From Armatimonadota bacterium (GTDB lineage: Bacteria; Armatimonadota; SYMT01): a stretch of DNA of 64,000 nucleotides. The stretch is taken from assembly GCA_041690135.1 (NCBI GenBank), contig JAWLHY010000002.1, positions 976,342 to 1,040,341 on the forward strand. The letters run 5' to 3'. This document shows positions 17,860-28,810 of the stretch, piece after piece; positions within the stretch are counted from its first letter, which is position 1; each line of letters starts with the position of its first letter. A program made the translations under genes and the position numbers. The notes beneath the pieces were generated by a model. That model was given only the letters and a program-made list of their open reading frames with translations, had not been told where the DNA came from and searched no databases.

Positions 17860-19800
17860 ATGCGCCCCTCGCGACTGTTCCTCTCGCTTACCGTCGCCGG
17901 CTCCCTGGGAGCCGTGGCTCTTACGGTCTTCGCTGCGCCGCAGAGGAAGGCGTACTCGTCTCCCTCAACCCGGGGTGGGGAGTGGCGCGTTTACGGGGCG
18001 GACCACGCCGGGTCCCGGTACTCGGCCCTGGACCAGATCGACCGCGACAACTTCCACCGGCTGCGTGTGGCGTGGCGCTGGGACTCGATTGACAACGCCG
18101 TGCTCCGCGAGCGCAAGGACCTCCGCCCCGGCCCCAACGAAGGCACCCCGGTGATGGTGGAGGGGATCCTTTACACCAGCACCTCCCTCAGCCAGGTGGC
18201 GGCCCTCGACGCGGCCACCGGGAAGACGCTGTGGACCTATGACCCCGGCTCCTACGGCAACGTCCACCGGGGGGTGGCCTACTGGGAGTCGGGAAAGGGA
18301 GACCGCCGGCAGCGCCGGGTCCTGATCGGCACCAATCACGCCTACCTCATCGCCCTGGATGCCGAGACCGGGCGTCCGGTCTCCAGTTTCGGCCAGGACG
18401 GGCGAGTCGATCTCACCCAGGGGCTGCGCCGGCCGGTGGAGCGGAAGCTGGTCAGCGTCACCTCGCCGCCGATTGTCGTGGGCGATGTGGTGGTCATCGG
18501 CGGTGCGGTGGACGACTTCCAGGACCGGAAGGAGATGCCGCCGGGTGACGTACAGGGCTTCGACGTCCGTACCGGGAAGCGCCGCTGGATCTTCCACACC
18601 GTGCCCCAGGAGGGGGAGTTCGGCAACGACACCTGGGAAGACGGCTCCTGGCGCTATACCGGCAATACCAACGTGTGGACCGTGATGAGCGCAGACCCCG
18701 AGCTCGGCTACGTTTACCTCCCCGTGAGCACCCCCACCAACGATTGGTACGGCGGGCACCGCAAGGGGGACGGCCTCTTCGGCGAGAGCCTGGTCTGCCT
18801 GAACGCGAAGACCGGCAAGCGCGTGTGGCACTTCCAGATGGTCCACCACGGCCTGTGGGACTATGACCTCCCGTGCGCCCCGAACCTGATCGACGTGACG
18901 GTGAACGGGGAGCGGGTGAAGGCCGTCGCCCAGGTGACGAAACAGGCGTTCTGCTTCGTGTTCGACCGTAAGACCGGCAAGCCGCTCTGGCCGATCGACG
19001 AGCGGCCGGTGCCCCAGACCACCGTTCCCGGCGACCGCTCCGCGCCCACGCAGCCGTTCCCCACCCGTCCCGCGCCGTTCGACCGGCAGGGCATGTCGGA
19101 AGACGACCTGATCGACTACACCCCGGAGCTGCGCGCGGAGGCGAAGGAGATTCTCAAAACCTGGAACCACGGCCCGCTCTACACCCCGCCCACCACGAAG
19201 CGCACCATCATGATGCCGGGGTGGGTCGGCGGCGCGAGCTGGGCCGGCGCCGCGGCGGACCCCGAAACCGGCTGGCTCTACGTCCCCTCCATCACCAACC
19301 CCATGTGGCTCCAGCTCGCCAAACCCACCTCGCCCACCGCGGACGTGGATTACAAGATCGACGCGAACGGCTACCGGGTGGAAGGCCCTCGCGGCCTGCC
19401 GCTGGTGAAAGGCCCCTACGGCCGCATCACCGCCATCGACCTGAACACGGGAGACCACCGCTGGATGACCCCGCAGGGGGATGGTCCGCGCAACCACCCC
19501 GCGCTCCGTCACCTCAACCTCCCGCCCCAGGGGATCTACCACCGCACCTACGCGCTGGCGACGAAGACGCTGCTCCTCGCCACCCAGGAAAGCGGCTGGT
19601 TCAACCAGGAAACCCCGACCGAACCGGCCGAACTCCGCGCTTTCGAAAAGCAGAGCGGCAAGCTGATCGCCAAAATCCCGCTCCCATCCCATCCCACCGG
19701 CGCCCCCATCACCTATCTGGCCGGAGGCAAGCAATACATCGCCATCCCCATCGGCGGCAGCGGCAAGCCCGCGGAGCTCATCGCCCTGGCCCTCCCGTAG
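17860..19800 (+). CDS. PQQ-dependent (quinoprotein glucose) dehydrogenase
   Basis: RYSALDQI, HFQMVHHGLWDYDLP, PTQPFPT, PITYLAGGKQYIA; signal peptide. Confidence 0.9.
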   Translation: MRPSRLFLSLTVAGSLGAVALTVFAAPQRKAYSSPSTRGGEWRVYGADHAGSRYSALDQIDRDNFHRLRVAWRWDSIDNAVLRERKDLRPGPNEGTPVMVEGILYTSTSLSQVAALDAATGKTLWTYDPGSYGNVHRGVAYWESGKGDRRQRRVLIGTNHAYLIALDAETGRPVSSFGQDGRVDLTQGLRRPVERKLVSVTSPPIVVGDVVVIGGAVDDFQDRKEMPPGDVQGFDVRTGKRRWIFHTVPQEGEFGNDTWEDGSWRYTGNTNVWTVMSADPELGYVYLPVSTPTNDWYGGHRKGDGLFGESLVCLNAKTGKRVWHFQMVHHGLWDYDLPCAPNLIDVTVNGERVKAVAQVTKQAFCFVFDRKTGKPLWPIDERPVPQTTVPGDRSAPTQPFPTRPAPFDRQGMSEDDLIDYTPELRAEAKEILKTWNHGPLYTPPTTKRTIMMPGWVGGASWAGAAADPETGWLYVPSITNPMWLQLAKPTSPTADVDYKIDANGYRVEGPRGLPLVKGPYGRITAIDLNTGDHRWMTPQGDGPRNHPALRHLNLPPQGIYHRTYALATKTLLLATQESGWFNQETPTEPAELRAFEKQSGKLIAKIPLPSHPTGAPITYLAGGKQYIAIPIGGSGKPAELIALALP

Positions 19801-19827
19801 CGACCTTGGAAAAGGGAACCGTTGTTG

Positions 19828-19898
19828 CCCGCGGAATACGCGGAAAAGCGCGGAAGAAGACGGAAAGAACCTGGAAGGAAACGGAAAGATCGGAAGTG
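19828..19898. repeat. Degenerate ~9-mer purine-rich tract (CGCGGAAnn)
   Basis: cgcggaata cgcggaaaa gcgcggaag aagacggaaag..., immediately after the PQQ gene stop. Confidence 0.65.
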
Positions 19899-19966
19899 CG
19901 TGGGCAGACCGGAATGGGTCGCGACTTGGACTAAGAGTGAGCAGCCATATCGGCACGCGGCGGGTG

Positions 19967-20088
19967 GTAGCCCCGGCGCATGCGTCCGTAGGGAAGGGGC
20001 GAAGAGAGACGGGTGCCCGCGCGCGGGCGGGGGGGTGCGAACCCCCGGTCAATTGCGCCCCCGTAGAAGAGCCCCGGAGGGGCGACAG
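19967..20088. repeat. REP-like palindromic element
   Basis: GTAGCCCCGG..., GGGGGTGCGAACCCCC hairpin and AGCCCCGGAGGGGCGACAG hairpin. Confidence 0.5.
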
Positions 20089-20722
20089 AGCAACGGGTGT
20101 GCGGAAAGCTGAACGGCTCTGAATCCGGTCCAATGTCATCCTGAACCGCAGCCCAGCTTGATGGCTGATGGATCTCCTTGCGCTGCGGTCTCCGTCTCCT
20201 GGTTCGCCGGACCAGCATGCGTCCTGACCCCTGGTGTGGACTGGCCGATTGCATCGGCGCCTGGCGACCATGCTCTCGGTACCTGTCTTGCCAAGACCGC
20301 CTCGGCTCGGCGCAGGTCACTCTTAACGGCAGCCTGGCCGTGTGCCTGAACATCCGCCTTGCCGGTCTGAACTCCCGGATCCTGCCGCGGTGCAGCCTCA
20401 CTCGTCCGGGTGCCCTACCCGCCCTTCGTCAGCGCTGGTGGGTCCGGTGACCCATGGCAGCGTGACGCTGGACTCCACGCGCGTCGGCAATGACGCTGGC
20501 CGGATCGCGGACGAATAGAAGGCTGGAATCCTATGTGCCGATAGGGGGGCCTCCGCCCTACCTATGCGGGTGCGAAGGTAGAGGCTGTGGTGTTTGCCGT
20601 GAGCCGTACCCCACGGAATCTCACACATGATCGAATCAGCCGTGGACGCGCCGATCGCGGGTTACGGTAACGGGGTGGTGCGAGAGGGTACCGAGGGATA
20701 GTCGGAGGTCAAGGGCGGGCGG

Positions 20723-23062
20723 CTAACTCGCGGCATCCAGTGGAACCCTCTCCGGCAATCGCGCGATCGCATCGATCGCCGTCCCCAGATCCTTGAGGCA
20801 GATCGGCTTCGTAAGATAGCCGTCCATCCCGGCCGCCAGGCAGCGTTCCCGGTCGCCGCTCATCGCGTGCGCCGTCATGGCCACGATCGGAACGTGGTCC
20901 CGCGTAAGGCCTTCCAGATCGCGGATGGCGCGGGTCGCTTCCAGTCCATCGAGTTCCGGCATCTGCACGTCCATCAGGATGAGATCGAACCGCTCCTTCC
21001 TGAACGCCGCCAGCGCCATCTGTCCGTCGGGAGCAATCACCACCTCATGCCCTAGTTTCTCCAGCAACCGCTGGGCCAGCCTCTGGTTCACGAGATTATC
21101 CTCTGCCAGTAGGACCCGTCGCGCGACGCCCGAGGGAGGGCAACCGTCATTGGCGCTGGGTACTTGGGCGACCGGTGGCCGGAGGACCGGAAGGGCCGCA
21201 TGGAAGTCGCCCGGCCGCTCGACTTCGCCCATGGTTGCCGTGGCCTCCTCAACCGTCAGGACGGTCTCCTGGGCGGGTCCGAACCAGGCGGTGAACCGAA
21301 AGACACTTCCCTGGCCCAGCGAGCTCTCCACCCAGATTCGCCCTTCCATCAGCGCCACCAACTGGGAGGCGATAGCCAGTCCCAACCCCGTGCCGCCGTA
21401 GCTCCGGGTCGTGGAAGCATCCGCCTGGCTGAAAGACTCGAAGATCAGTGCCTGCTTTTCCGCCGGGATCCCGATACCCGTATCCCGGATGGAAAACTGC
21501 AGGCAGGTCCGGCCGGCGCTTTCTTCGACGACCCCGACCTCCAGCGCAACCTCACCTCTGGCCGTGAACTTGACGGCATTGCCCAACAGATTCAGCAAGA
21601 TCTGCCGGAGGCGACCCGCGTCCCCGTGAAGGCGCCGGGGCACATTGGGGGCTATCCGCCAGGTCACTTCCAGGCCCTGGCTCTGTGCCGCGAGCGCGAC
21701 CGCCTTCAGCGCTTCGGCTGCGCACTCGGCGGGTTCAAAATCCACCGGCGACAGGGCGAGCTTCCTGGCTTCGATTTTGGAGAAGTCCAGGATGTCGTTG
21801 ATCACCGTCAGCAAGGCGTCCGCGGAGCTCTTGGCGACGGTAAGGTACTCCCGCTGCTCGCGGGATAGGGCGGTCTGCAGGGCGAGTTCCGTCATGCCGA
21901 TCACGCCATTCATGGGCGTGCGGATTTCGTGGCTCATGTTCGCGAGAAACTCGCTCTTGGCGCGGTTTGCCGCTTCCGCCTGGTCCCGGCTGCGTTCGAG
22001 TTCTGCGGCCTGACCGGCTAATAAACGAGCCAGGCGGATGTTTTCCAGGATCGCCAGCAGCTGGCGCAGGAAGAGCAGCATCACGGTTCCCGCACCGAGG
22101 ATCATCACGCTCACGCGGGTGCCGGTATCTCCCGCGGTCTGCCAGACCTGCGCGAGCAGCCCGGCTTGCACCGGAACGAGCAGGTAGGGGAGGAAGATTC
22201 GCGACCACCGGGTTTCCGGAAGGGGAATGTCCGCTGACTTCTCCGGCAGGGTTGGGGCTTCGTGGTGGCGGCTGGCCAGGAGGGCGTAACTGCACCAGTT
22301 GAAGAGCATCGCCCCGATGTACCATCCGGAGTCGACCAGGCCTCCCGGTTGGTAGAGGCCCTGAAAAGTGAGAAAGCCGCACGCGAAGCTGGAGAACAAG
22401 AGGCACACGACGGCTCCCACCATGATCCGGGCTACACTTCGAACCTGTGGGGAGGTGCCCCGGAACCAGAGTAGGATCACCGTTGAGATGAGGCTCAGGT
22501 CACCCAGGGGGTACAGCACGGTTTGCCACTTGACCAGGGGCGTGAGGTTCGCGTCCTGTAAAATCGGAGTGATGATCCAGAACCAAATCGGCGAACCGGC
22601 GACCGCGAGCACAAGCGCGCTGTCCAGAAGCACCTGGACCCGGGAGAGGGACGACAGCCGGGGTCCGGGCAGCGAGAGCACGCCGAGAAAGGTACAAGGA
22701 TAGATGGCGAGATAGAGTGCGGTGATCCACTGCTGGTTGGCAGGCGTGCCTCCCGCGGCGAGCCGGCTGGAGCTGGACACGAGTTCGATAGCTACTTGCA
22801 TCACCCCGCCCAGCGCCAGAAAGCAGGCCGCGCGCGTTGCCGGATCGCTCCAGTTAAGGCCATCTCCCGCTCGCTTCTGCCTGCGGAGCTCCCGCCAGAA
22901 CCAGGAAGCGCTGATGGCGCTGCCCAGCAGGATGATGAGGGAAGCTACCGTTACCTGTGACTCACCCTGAAGGGGGTGCAGCCGCACCCAGGCCAGGTAC
23001 ATGAGGCCGAGGGCGGTCACGTGGTAAAGATGGGCAACGTGGCGAGGGGTGGGTTGGGACAT
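20723..23062 (-). CDS. Membrane hybrid sensor histidine kinase/response regulator
   Basis: Multi-TM N-terminus; [16 protein letters not shown]-box; NAVKFT, DTGIGI, GGTGLGL; REC domain (AEDN, MDVQMP, KP). Confidence 0.95.
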   Translation of the reverse strand: MSQPTPRHVAHLYHVTALGLMYLAWVRLHPLQGESQVTVASLIILLGSAISASWFWRELRRQKRAGDGLNWSDPATRAACFLALGGVMQVAIELVSSSSRLAAGGTPANQQWITALYLAIYPCTFLGVLSLPGPRLSSLSRVQVLLDSALVLAVAGSPIWFWIITPILQDANLTPLVKWQTVLYPLGDLSLISTVILLWFRGTSPQVRSVARIMVGAVVCLLFSSFACGFLTFQGLYQPGGLVDSGWYIGAMLFNWCSYALLASRHHEAPTLPEKSADIPLPETRWSRIFLPYLLVPVQAGLLAQVWQTAGDTGTRVSVMILGAGTVMLLFLRQLLAILENIRLARLLAGQAAELERSRDQAEAANRAKSEFLANMSHEIRTPMNGVIGMTELALQTALSREQREYLTVAKSSADALLTVINDILDFSKIEARKLALSPVDFEPAECAAEALKAVALAAQSQGLEVTWRIAPNVPRRLHGDAGRLRQILLNLLGNAVKFTARGEVALEVGVVEESAGRTCLQFSIRDTGIGIPAEKQALIFESFSQADASTTRSYGGTGLGLAIASQLVALMEGRIWVESSLGQGSVFRFTAWFGPAQETVLTVEEATATMGEVERPGDFHAALPVLRPPVAQVPSANDGCPPSGVARRVLLAEDNLVNQRLAQRLLEKLGHEVVIAPDGQMALAAFRKERFDLILMDVQMPELDGLEATRAIRDLEGLTRDHVPIVAMTAHAMSGDRERCLAAGMDGYLTKPICLKDLGTAIDAIARLPERVPLDAAS

Positions 23063-23425
23063 TCCTGGATTGAGCCTTGCAGAGAGCGTGCTATTGGCTC
23101 ATTCGGAAGGGCCCAGTGTCGGCAAAAGCCCCATTCGGTTAGAAGATCGGAGCCATGTGGCCATGTTGCCTCCGCACCGAATGGCCATTAAGTAATCAAC
23201 CATTCGGTGCGAGTGCATCCCACCGAGAGGTAGGCATCCCCTCCAGGCGCCCATCGCCGGTCGGGGCGTTGCTCCGATGCGTACGCCTTGTCACGCGGGG
23301 CCCGGCCGGCTGTCCCCGCTCCTTCCCTTCCCGTGCGGCGCCACTCCGCCCCGCTCTCACTCCTATTCCGCGTGAACCGGCCTGACGACGGGACAGAGCG
23401 CCACCCCGCCCCAGCTTCCTCGCTC

Positions 23426-23492
23426 CTCTCCGTGTTCGATCTCCGTGTCTCCGTGTCTCTGTGGTGAAGTCCGGAGGTGTCTCCGTGGTGAG
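23426..23492. repeat. Degenerate CTCCGTGT 8-mer tract
   Basis: ctccgtgttcgat ctccgtgt ctccgtgt ctctgtggtga...gtgtctccgtggtga, just after the PfpI stop. Confidence 0.65.
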
Positions 23493-23500
23493 ACCGGCCC

Positions 23501-24082
23501 CTACAGTTCGATCCGGGTCCCCAGCACCTGGAGGAACTTCGCCAGCCACTCCGGATGGGCGGGCCACGCGGGCGCGGTGACCAGGTTCCCGCACACGTGC
23601 GCGGCTGTGACGTCGATATCCACCCACTCGCCGCCGGCCGCCGCCACCTCGGGACCGCACGCCGGGTAGGCGCTGCAGGTCTTGCCCTTCAGCACGCCCG
23701 CGGCGGAGAGGATCTGCGCGCCGTGGCAGATGGCGGCAATCGGCTTGTCCGCTTCCGCGAAGTGCCGGACGATCTCCAGGACCCGCGGGTTCAGGCGCAG
23801 GTATTCCGGCGCGCGACCGCCGGGAATCAGCAGGGCGTCGTAGTCGGCTTCCCGGATCTCCTCGAAGGTGGCGTTCAGGGCGAAGTTGTGGCCCGGCTTC
23901 TCGCTGTAGGTCTGGTCGCCCTCGAAGTCGTGGATCGCCGTCCGCACCTTCTCGCCCGCGCGCTTGCCGGGGCACACGGCATCGCAGGTGTGGCCCACCA
24001 TCTGGAGGGCCTGGAACGGGACCATCACCTCGTAGTCTTCGACAAAGTCTCCCACCAGGAACAGGATCTTCTTGGCCGCCAC
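23501..24082 (-). CDS. DJ-1/PfpI family protease/glyoxalase
   Basis: GTG 24082 with AAGGAGG SD; [22 protein letters not shown]. Confidence 0.93.
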   Translation of the reverse strand: MAAKKILFLVGDFVEDYEVMVPFQALQMVGHTCDAVCPGKRAGEKVRTAIHDFEGDQTYSEKPGHNFALNATFEEIREADYDALLIPGGRAPEYLRLNPRVLEIVRHFAEADKPIAAICHGAQILSAAGVLKGKTCSAYPACGPEVAAAGGEWVDIDVTAAHVCGNLVTAPAWPAHPEWLAKFLQVLGTRIEL

Positions 24083-24446
24083 GGGGACCTCCTTTCGCGT
24101 CGTCGGATCAAAATCAGGGCAGTGCGAGGTCATTATACGGGCCTACCGGCCACCCAGGCAAAGCGCCTCCTGGCTGTGTGAGCAGCCGGCCTAACTCACA
24201 AGAACCCCCGCGAACGGGAGCTACCGGTAGGCATCGCAACGGTGGGTGAGACCGCTTTCGAATACCACCGTGCGGATGGCGGGTTCGCAGATGAACGCTC
24301 CGATCCAGATCGACTTCCAGCCACCACCCTTTCCCTTGAGGATCACCGACTGCATCACTTCCTGCGGGTTCCTCTTGGTTCGCCTTCTTTGCGTCTTTGC
24401 GGCCCATACGGGGCGTATGCCTTGGCGCGAGATTGTTCCCAAACGG

Positions 24447-25487
24447 CTACCGCACGGTGTCCGGGTCCAGGCTCGGGTTCTCGATGAGGCGGATGGAGCG
24501 CTCCGCGGACTTGCGCACCTGCTCGTCCGGATCGCGGAGGGCGGCCCGGAGCCCGGCCAGGTGCTTCGCGCTGCGGATCTCGCCCAGCGCGGTAGCGGCG
24601 TAGCGGCGGACCACCACATGTTCATCCTCAGCCAGGGGCTCTTCGATCCGAGACCCATGTTCGGCGGCTTTCAGGCGACCCAGCGCGTACACGGCCGTGG
24701 CGCGAACGTTAGGGATGGGGTCTTTCAGCAGGGGGAAGATATCCGAGATGAGGTTGCGATTCCCACTGTCGCCCATGGCGCGGGCGGTCCGCTCCCGGAC
24801 GTGCGGCGAGGGGTCGGCCAGGAGGCGCTTCGCAGCGGGGGCGCCGGGTACGAGCTGGACCACCGCCCCGCGCACGGCGGGTTCCGGGTCCGCGAGCAGT
24901 GCTTCCAACTCCTTCGCATCCCGCTGGAGGGTGAAGAGGCTGAAGGCGGCGTCGATGCGGACCCGGGGCTGGGGGTGGGAGAGGTGCTCGCGGATCGGCC
25001 CGGCGAAGCGGAGATCGCGTGAGCGTCCCATCGCATAAAGGGCGTTGTGCTTGATCTCCGGGTCCTCGCGGCGCAGGAGGTCTCGCAGCGCGTCCCGGTA
25101 TTCCGCTCCCAATCCGCGGTACCCCACGGCCCGCGCCGCCCGGGAACGGACCTTCACTTCCGGGTCGCGCAGCAACTGCCCGAGGATCTCGGCGTGGACG
25201 GACTTCGGAACGACATAAACGTACCGGGAGTCGAGCATCCCGACCGCCTCGATGCGGACCGCCGGGTCCTTCGTCGCCGCAAAGAACTCCCGCACCTGGC
25301 GCGCCCGCTCCAGTTCTCCCAGCGGCGCCAGGCTCCGCTCAAACTTCCAGACGGTCTCCCGCGGGGAAAGGGGGAGGGCCTCATCCGCCGGCTCCGCGGA
25401 CGACGCCGGCACCAAGACCCCCAGGCAAAGAAAGCCCGTCATTGCCATGCGTCCCATCCGGCGACTCGCTCCGCGTCGCAGTCCCAC
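24447..25487 (-). CDS. Secreted HEAT-repeat protein
   Basis: Repeated L.DP...VR..AA.ALG units; N-terminal signal; GGAGG before GTG. Confidence 0.85.
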   Translation of the reverse strand: MGLRRGASRRMGRMAMTGFLCLGVLVPASSAEPADEALPLSPRETVWKFERSLAPLGELERARQVREFFAATKDPAVRIEAVGMLDSRYVYVVPKSVHAEILGQLLRDPEVKVRSRAARAVGYRGLGAEYRDALRDLLRREDPEIKHNALYAMGRSRDLRFAGPIREHLSHPQPRVRIDAAFSLFTLQRDAKELEALLADPEPAVRGAVVQLVPGAPAAKRLLADPSPHVRERTARAMGDSGNRNLISDIFPLLKDPIPNVRATAVYALGRLKAAEHGSRIEEPLAEDEHVVVRRYAATALGEIRSAKHLAGLRAALRDPDEQVRKSAERSIRLIENPSLDPDTVR

Positions 25488-25774
25488 GGCTACCTCCGGA
25501 ACATCGTCCTCCGACCCGTTCTCCAGTCGAGAAGCTCACGGTTCATGACGTCTGCTTCTTCCGGCACGTTACAGGACAGTGCGCGGCAACCAGCGAAACC
25601 GCCACCAGGTTGCAATCGCGGTCAACTCCTATCCTCCCTTCTCTCCTCTTGGCGTCTTGGCGGTTCAAATCATCCAGCACTCGCGCCAACCGGAATGGCC
25701 GCCAACCGGGGTTCTCTCTTATAGTTCCGTGGCGGTGTGCTGCTTTCCCCGCCCTGGATCTGGAGTAACGCCCC

Positions 25775-26893
25775 ATGGATCTCCTCGACCTCACCCGCCG
25801 CCTCGTCGCGATCGACTCCGTAAGCCGCAACGGCAACCGCGAAATCGCCGACTTGCTCCACGAACTCCTGGACCAGGGTGGATTTACCGTCGAGCGCCTC
25901 AGCTACCGGGATGAGGCCGGCGCGGAGAAGGTGAGCCTGGTGGCGCGCCGGGGGGAGGGGACCGGCGGCTTCGGGTTCTTCTCCCACTCGGATACCGTTC
26001 CGGGGGACGGGTGGGACCGCGATCCGTGGGCGCCCACGGTGGAGGGAGACCGGCTGATCGGGCTCGGCAGCTGCGACATGAAGGGCCCCCTTGCCGCGGC
26101 GCTCGTTGCCGCCCTGGGGGCGGACCCCGAACGGTTGCAGCGGCCGCTCTTCGTGGTGATTACTGCGGATGAGGAAGTTGGCTACGGGGGCGCGAAGCAG
26201 GTCGCGGCCGAGTCCCGCCTTTTCCGGGAGGCGGGACCGGAGTGTGGCGTGGTCACCGAGCCGACCCTCTTACGGCCAGTGCACGCGCATAAAGGCGGTG
26301 CTTTGATCAAAGTCGTGGCCCACGGAACGGCCGCTCACACCAGCACCGACCGGGGGATTTCAGCCAACTTCCTCATCGCGCCATTCCTGGCGGAGATGGC
26401 GGAGTTGGCCCAGGAATTGAAGTCCGATCCCTCGTTCCGGAACCACGATTTTGACCCGCCGACTCTCGGCTTCAATATGGTGCTGAACGACGGCAACACG
26501 CGCCACAACGTCACGGCGTCGCGCACCGAATGCACCGTCTCTTTCCGGCCGATGCCGAACGACCGCAGCGCCGAAGTCGTGGAGTGGATTAAGGAGAAGG
26601 CACAGCGCCACGGTCTGGACTGCGAGGCGGCCTACTACACGCCCTTCTGGACTGCTCCGGAAGCCCCGGTAGTCCGGGCGGCCCTCGCCGCCACCGGCGA
26701 AGAGCGTTCCCACACGGTGCCCTACGGAACGGACGGCGCCGTGCTCCACCCCTACATCCAACTGGTGGTGCTCGGCCCAGGGAGCATCGCGCAGGCGCAC
26801 ACCAACGGCGAATGGATCGACATTAACCAGTTGCAGCGCGCCGTTCGCGTGTACCGGGCACTGATCGAGCGTCTATGCTATCAGGTGACGTAA
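25775..26893 (+). CDS. M20 metallohydrolase, acetylornithine deacetylase-like
   Basis: SHSDTVP, GSCDMKG, ADEEVG, VTEPT, YGTDG, GPGSIAQAH. Confidence 0.88.
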   Translation: MDLLDLTRRLVAIDSVSRNGNREIADLLHELLDQGGFTVERLSYRDEAGAEKVSLVARRGEGTGGFGFFSHSDTVPGDGWDRDPWAPTVEGDRLIGLGSCDMKGPLAAALVAALGADPERLQRPLFVVITADEEVGYGGAKQVAAESRLFREAGPECGVVTEPTLLRPVHAHKGGALIKVVAHGTAAHTSTDRGISANFLIAPFLAEMAELAQELKSDPSFRNHDFDPPTLGFNMVLNDGNTRHNVTASRTECTVSFRPMPNDRSAEVVEWIKEKAQRHGLDCEAAYYTPFWTAPEAPVVRAALAATGEERSHTVPYGTDGAVLHPYIQLVVLGPGSIAQAHTNGEWIDINQLQRAVRVYRALIERLCYQVT

Positions 26894-26948
26894 CGTCGCG
26901 ATCCTGGTAGTAACCATGGGAGCGTGATTCCAAAGTCCGCCGGTTGCA

Positions 26949-27791
26949 GTGGCTCCATTCCAGGGGGTGTTCCCGTTGGCCCGTCGTATGTCTCCGTATT
27001 TCCTCTTCACGTGCCTGTTCTCGGCGGCAGCCCTGTGCGGGCCGGTCACCCCGGCGCGTGCCCAGGCGCCGGTGAAGGCGGTCGCCTCCGGCCCGAAGCT
27101 ATCCGGCATCCAGTTCGTGGGCCTGCAAAACGTGAAAGAGACCTACGTGCGTGAGGCCCTGACGATGAAGCCGGGCGAGGGTTTCACGCCGGCCATGCTG
27201 GAAAAGGACCGGCAGGCGCTCATTGGCATGGGCTTTTTCCGCAGCGTCGGCGCCACCCAGCGGACAAACAGTGGGAAAACGGAAGTCACCTTCCGCGTCG
27301 TGGAGTGGCCGAAAGTCATCCATGTCCGCGTGCTGGGCAATACGGTGGTGGATCTCAAAACCATCCACGAAGTGATCTCCACCCAGGTGGGCCAGGTTTT
27401 TTGCGCCCCACAGCTCAAGGACGACATCCGCGCGATCGAGCAGCTCTACCGGGAACGGGGTTACGTGGCCCGCATCTCCGAGCGCTTGCTGGACGAGGCG
27501 ACCCGCAGCGGCATCCTGCGCTTTGAGATCCTGGAACTGCGCATCGAGGATGTACAGCTCGAAGGGGGTTCGAACGAACTTTGCCTCCGTTGCCGGAAGA
27601 TCCTGTCCCAGGTCACGGGCCGGTTCTACCGGCCGGAGAGCGTTTCTCTGGACCAACAGCGGCTGCTGCAGGTACGCGGGGTGCGCGGCGCCGTGCCCCG
27701 CGTGGAAGTGACGGCACCCGGAAAAGTGCGGATTCGGTGGCTGCTCAACCCGCCGGCCGATACCATGGAAGAGAAGCCAACGGAGGGCTGA
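26949..27791 (+). CDS. POTRA-domain protein lacking a beta-barrel
   Basis: Signal peptide; POTRA-like repeats (IQFVG..D..AL..MGFF, V.VLGN..DIRAIEQLY..RGY). Start uncertain (alternative ATG 26988). Confidence 0.75.
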   Translation: MAPFQGVFPLARRMSPYFLFTCLFSAAALCGPVTPARAQAPVKAVASGPKLSGIQFVGLQNVKETYVREALTMKPGEGFTPAMLEKDRQALIGMGFFRSVGATQRTNSGKTEVTFRVVEWPKVIHVRVLGNTVVDLKTIHEVISTQVGQVFCAPQLKDDIRAIEQLYRERGYVARISERLLDEATRSGILRFEILELRIEDVQLEGGSNELCLRCRKILSQVTGRFYRPESVSLDQQRLLQVRGVRGAVPRVEVTAPGKVRIRWLLNPPADTMEEKPTEG

Positions 27792-27801
27792 GAACCAAAT
27801 C

Positions 27802-28038
27802 TCAGGTCTTGAGACCGTACTTCTCGCAGTAGCGGTTCAGCGTGCTGCGCCAGTGCCGGACCAGGGTCGGACCCCACGGCTCGCCTTCGCCGGCGGCTTC
27901 TTCTGCGCGCTCCAATCCTTCCAGCAGGCAGGTGTAACCGGCGGCCACTTCGCCGAGTTCGGCGTAGTCCACCGCTTCGGCCGTGGCCAGGTCCAGAGTG
28001 CGCTCTTCGTGCGCGGGGATCTTCGTATCCTTATGCAT
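27802..28038 (-). CDS. Small hypothetical protein
   Basis: 78-aa helical ORF from ATG 28038 that fits between neighbours. Confidence 0.55.
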   Translation of the reverse strand: MHKDTKIPAHEERTLDLATAEAVDYAELGEVAAGYTCLLEGLERAEEAAGEGEPWGPTLVRHWRSTLNRYCEKYGLKT

Positions 28039-28149
28039 GGTAGAAGTGGTGTACGCCACACCGGGGCCGTTCGTCAACGGCTGCTCGGGATCCAATATTG
28101 TTGCAAAGGCTGGGAAACCCCGAGTAGGGGAGCAAAGGGGAGAGATCCA

Positions 28150-28545
28150 ATGCGCCGTTGGCTACCGGTACTGTTGGCGAGCACGTTCGTCCTGGTTGGA
28201 GCCATGGATGCCTGGGCCGTCAAGCTCGTTTTTCGCCCAAAGCTGGAGCGCCACAAGGGCACTCGCGACCTGCTCGTGCTGGTCAAGCTGGAGAACGCTC
28301 CGGACGAAGAGGACATCGCCCGGGTCCGCCTCGAAGAGGTCGAGCTCAAGATCAAAGACGCGGTACACGAACCCACAACGCCGCTGCCGCTGGTGGTCGG
28401 CGCGATCGAGGCGGGGAAGTCCGCATCGTTCAGTCTCCGTTTCGATCACGACGTGGCAAAGAAGGGAGACAACGGCCTTCTCACCCTCAAAGCCTCGGCC
28501 GGCAAGGAAATCGTCTCCGGTACCTACCGGGTCACTATTCCGTGA
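28150..28545 (+). CDS. Secreted hypothetical Ig-like protein
   Basis: ATG 28150 after GGGGAGAG; signal MRRWLPVLL...AWA; beta-strand pattern. Confidence 0.7.
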   Translation: MRRWLPVLLASTFVLVGAMDAWAVKLVFRPKLERHKGTRDLLVLVKLENAPDEEDIARVRLEEVELKIKDAVHEPTTPLPLVVGAIEAGKSASFSLRFDHDVAKKGDNGLLTLKASAGKEIVSGTYRVTIP

Positions 28546-28699
28546 AGGATGAAGGCAGAAGGATGAAGGCAGAAGGCAGCGGGTAAAGGCCCAACCACGT
28601 CCCATCCGACCGATCCGTCCAATGTCCCGACCACCTAACTGCCCGACCGCCCAACCGCCCAACGCCCCAATGCCCAATGCCCAACCACCTGAAAACCCC
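28544..28699. repeat. Composite tract of 7-mer, 9-mer and 8-mer tandem repeats
   Basis: (GAAGGAT/GAAGGCA)x5 at 28544-28578; gtcccatcc gaccgatcc gtccaat; cccgacca cctaactg cccgaccg cccaaccg... from 28626. Confidence 0.75.
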
Positions 28700-28810
28700 A
28701 ACATTGCATCGAGGTAGGAGGGTAGCGCGTCGCCGTCGAACCTTGTTCCAATGGCCGGTAGCGCGGGTGCATCCAGACCGGCCCTTCCTTTGTGGAGGCT
28801 AGCCTCGGGT

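Noticed and set aside
17965-20271. 768-aa antisense ORF and similar long shadow ORFs (3904-5415, 31266-32849, 39026-41524, 46771-48105)
   Set aside because: They lie antisense to well-supported genes, have no motifs, and are expected from high-GC codon bias.
20137-20630. Short ORFs in the spacer between the PQQ dehydrogenase and the kinase
   Set aside because: No recognisable domain, SD or consistent codon bias. Possibly decayed sequence, but not supportable.
24221-24355. 44-aa minus-strand ORF MQSVILKGKGGGWKSIWIG...
   Set aside because: Weak SD, adjacent to a repeat tract, and no family recognisable; left uncalled.
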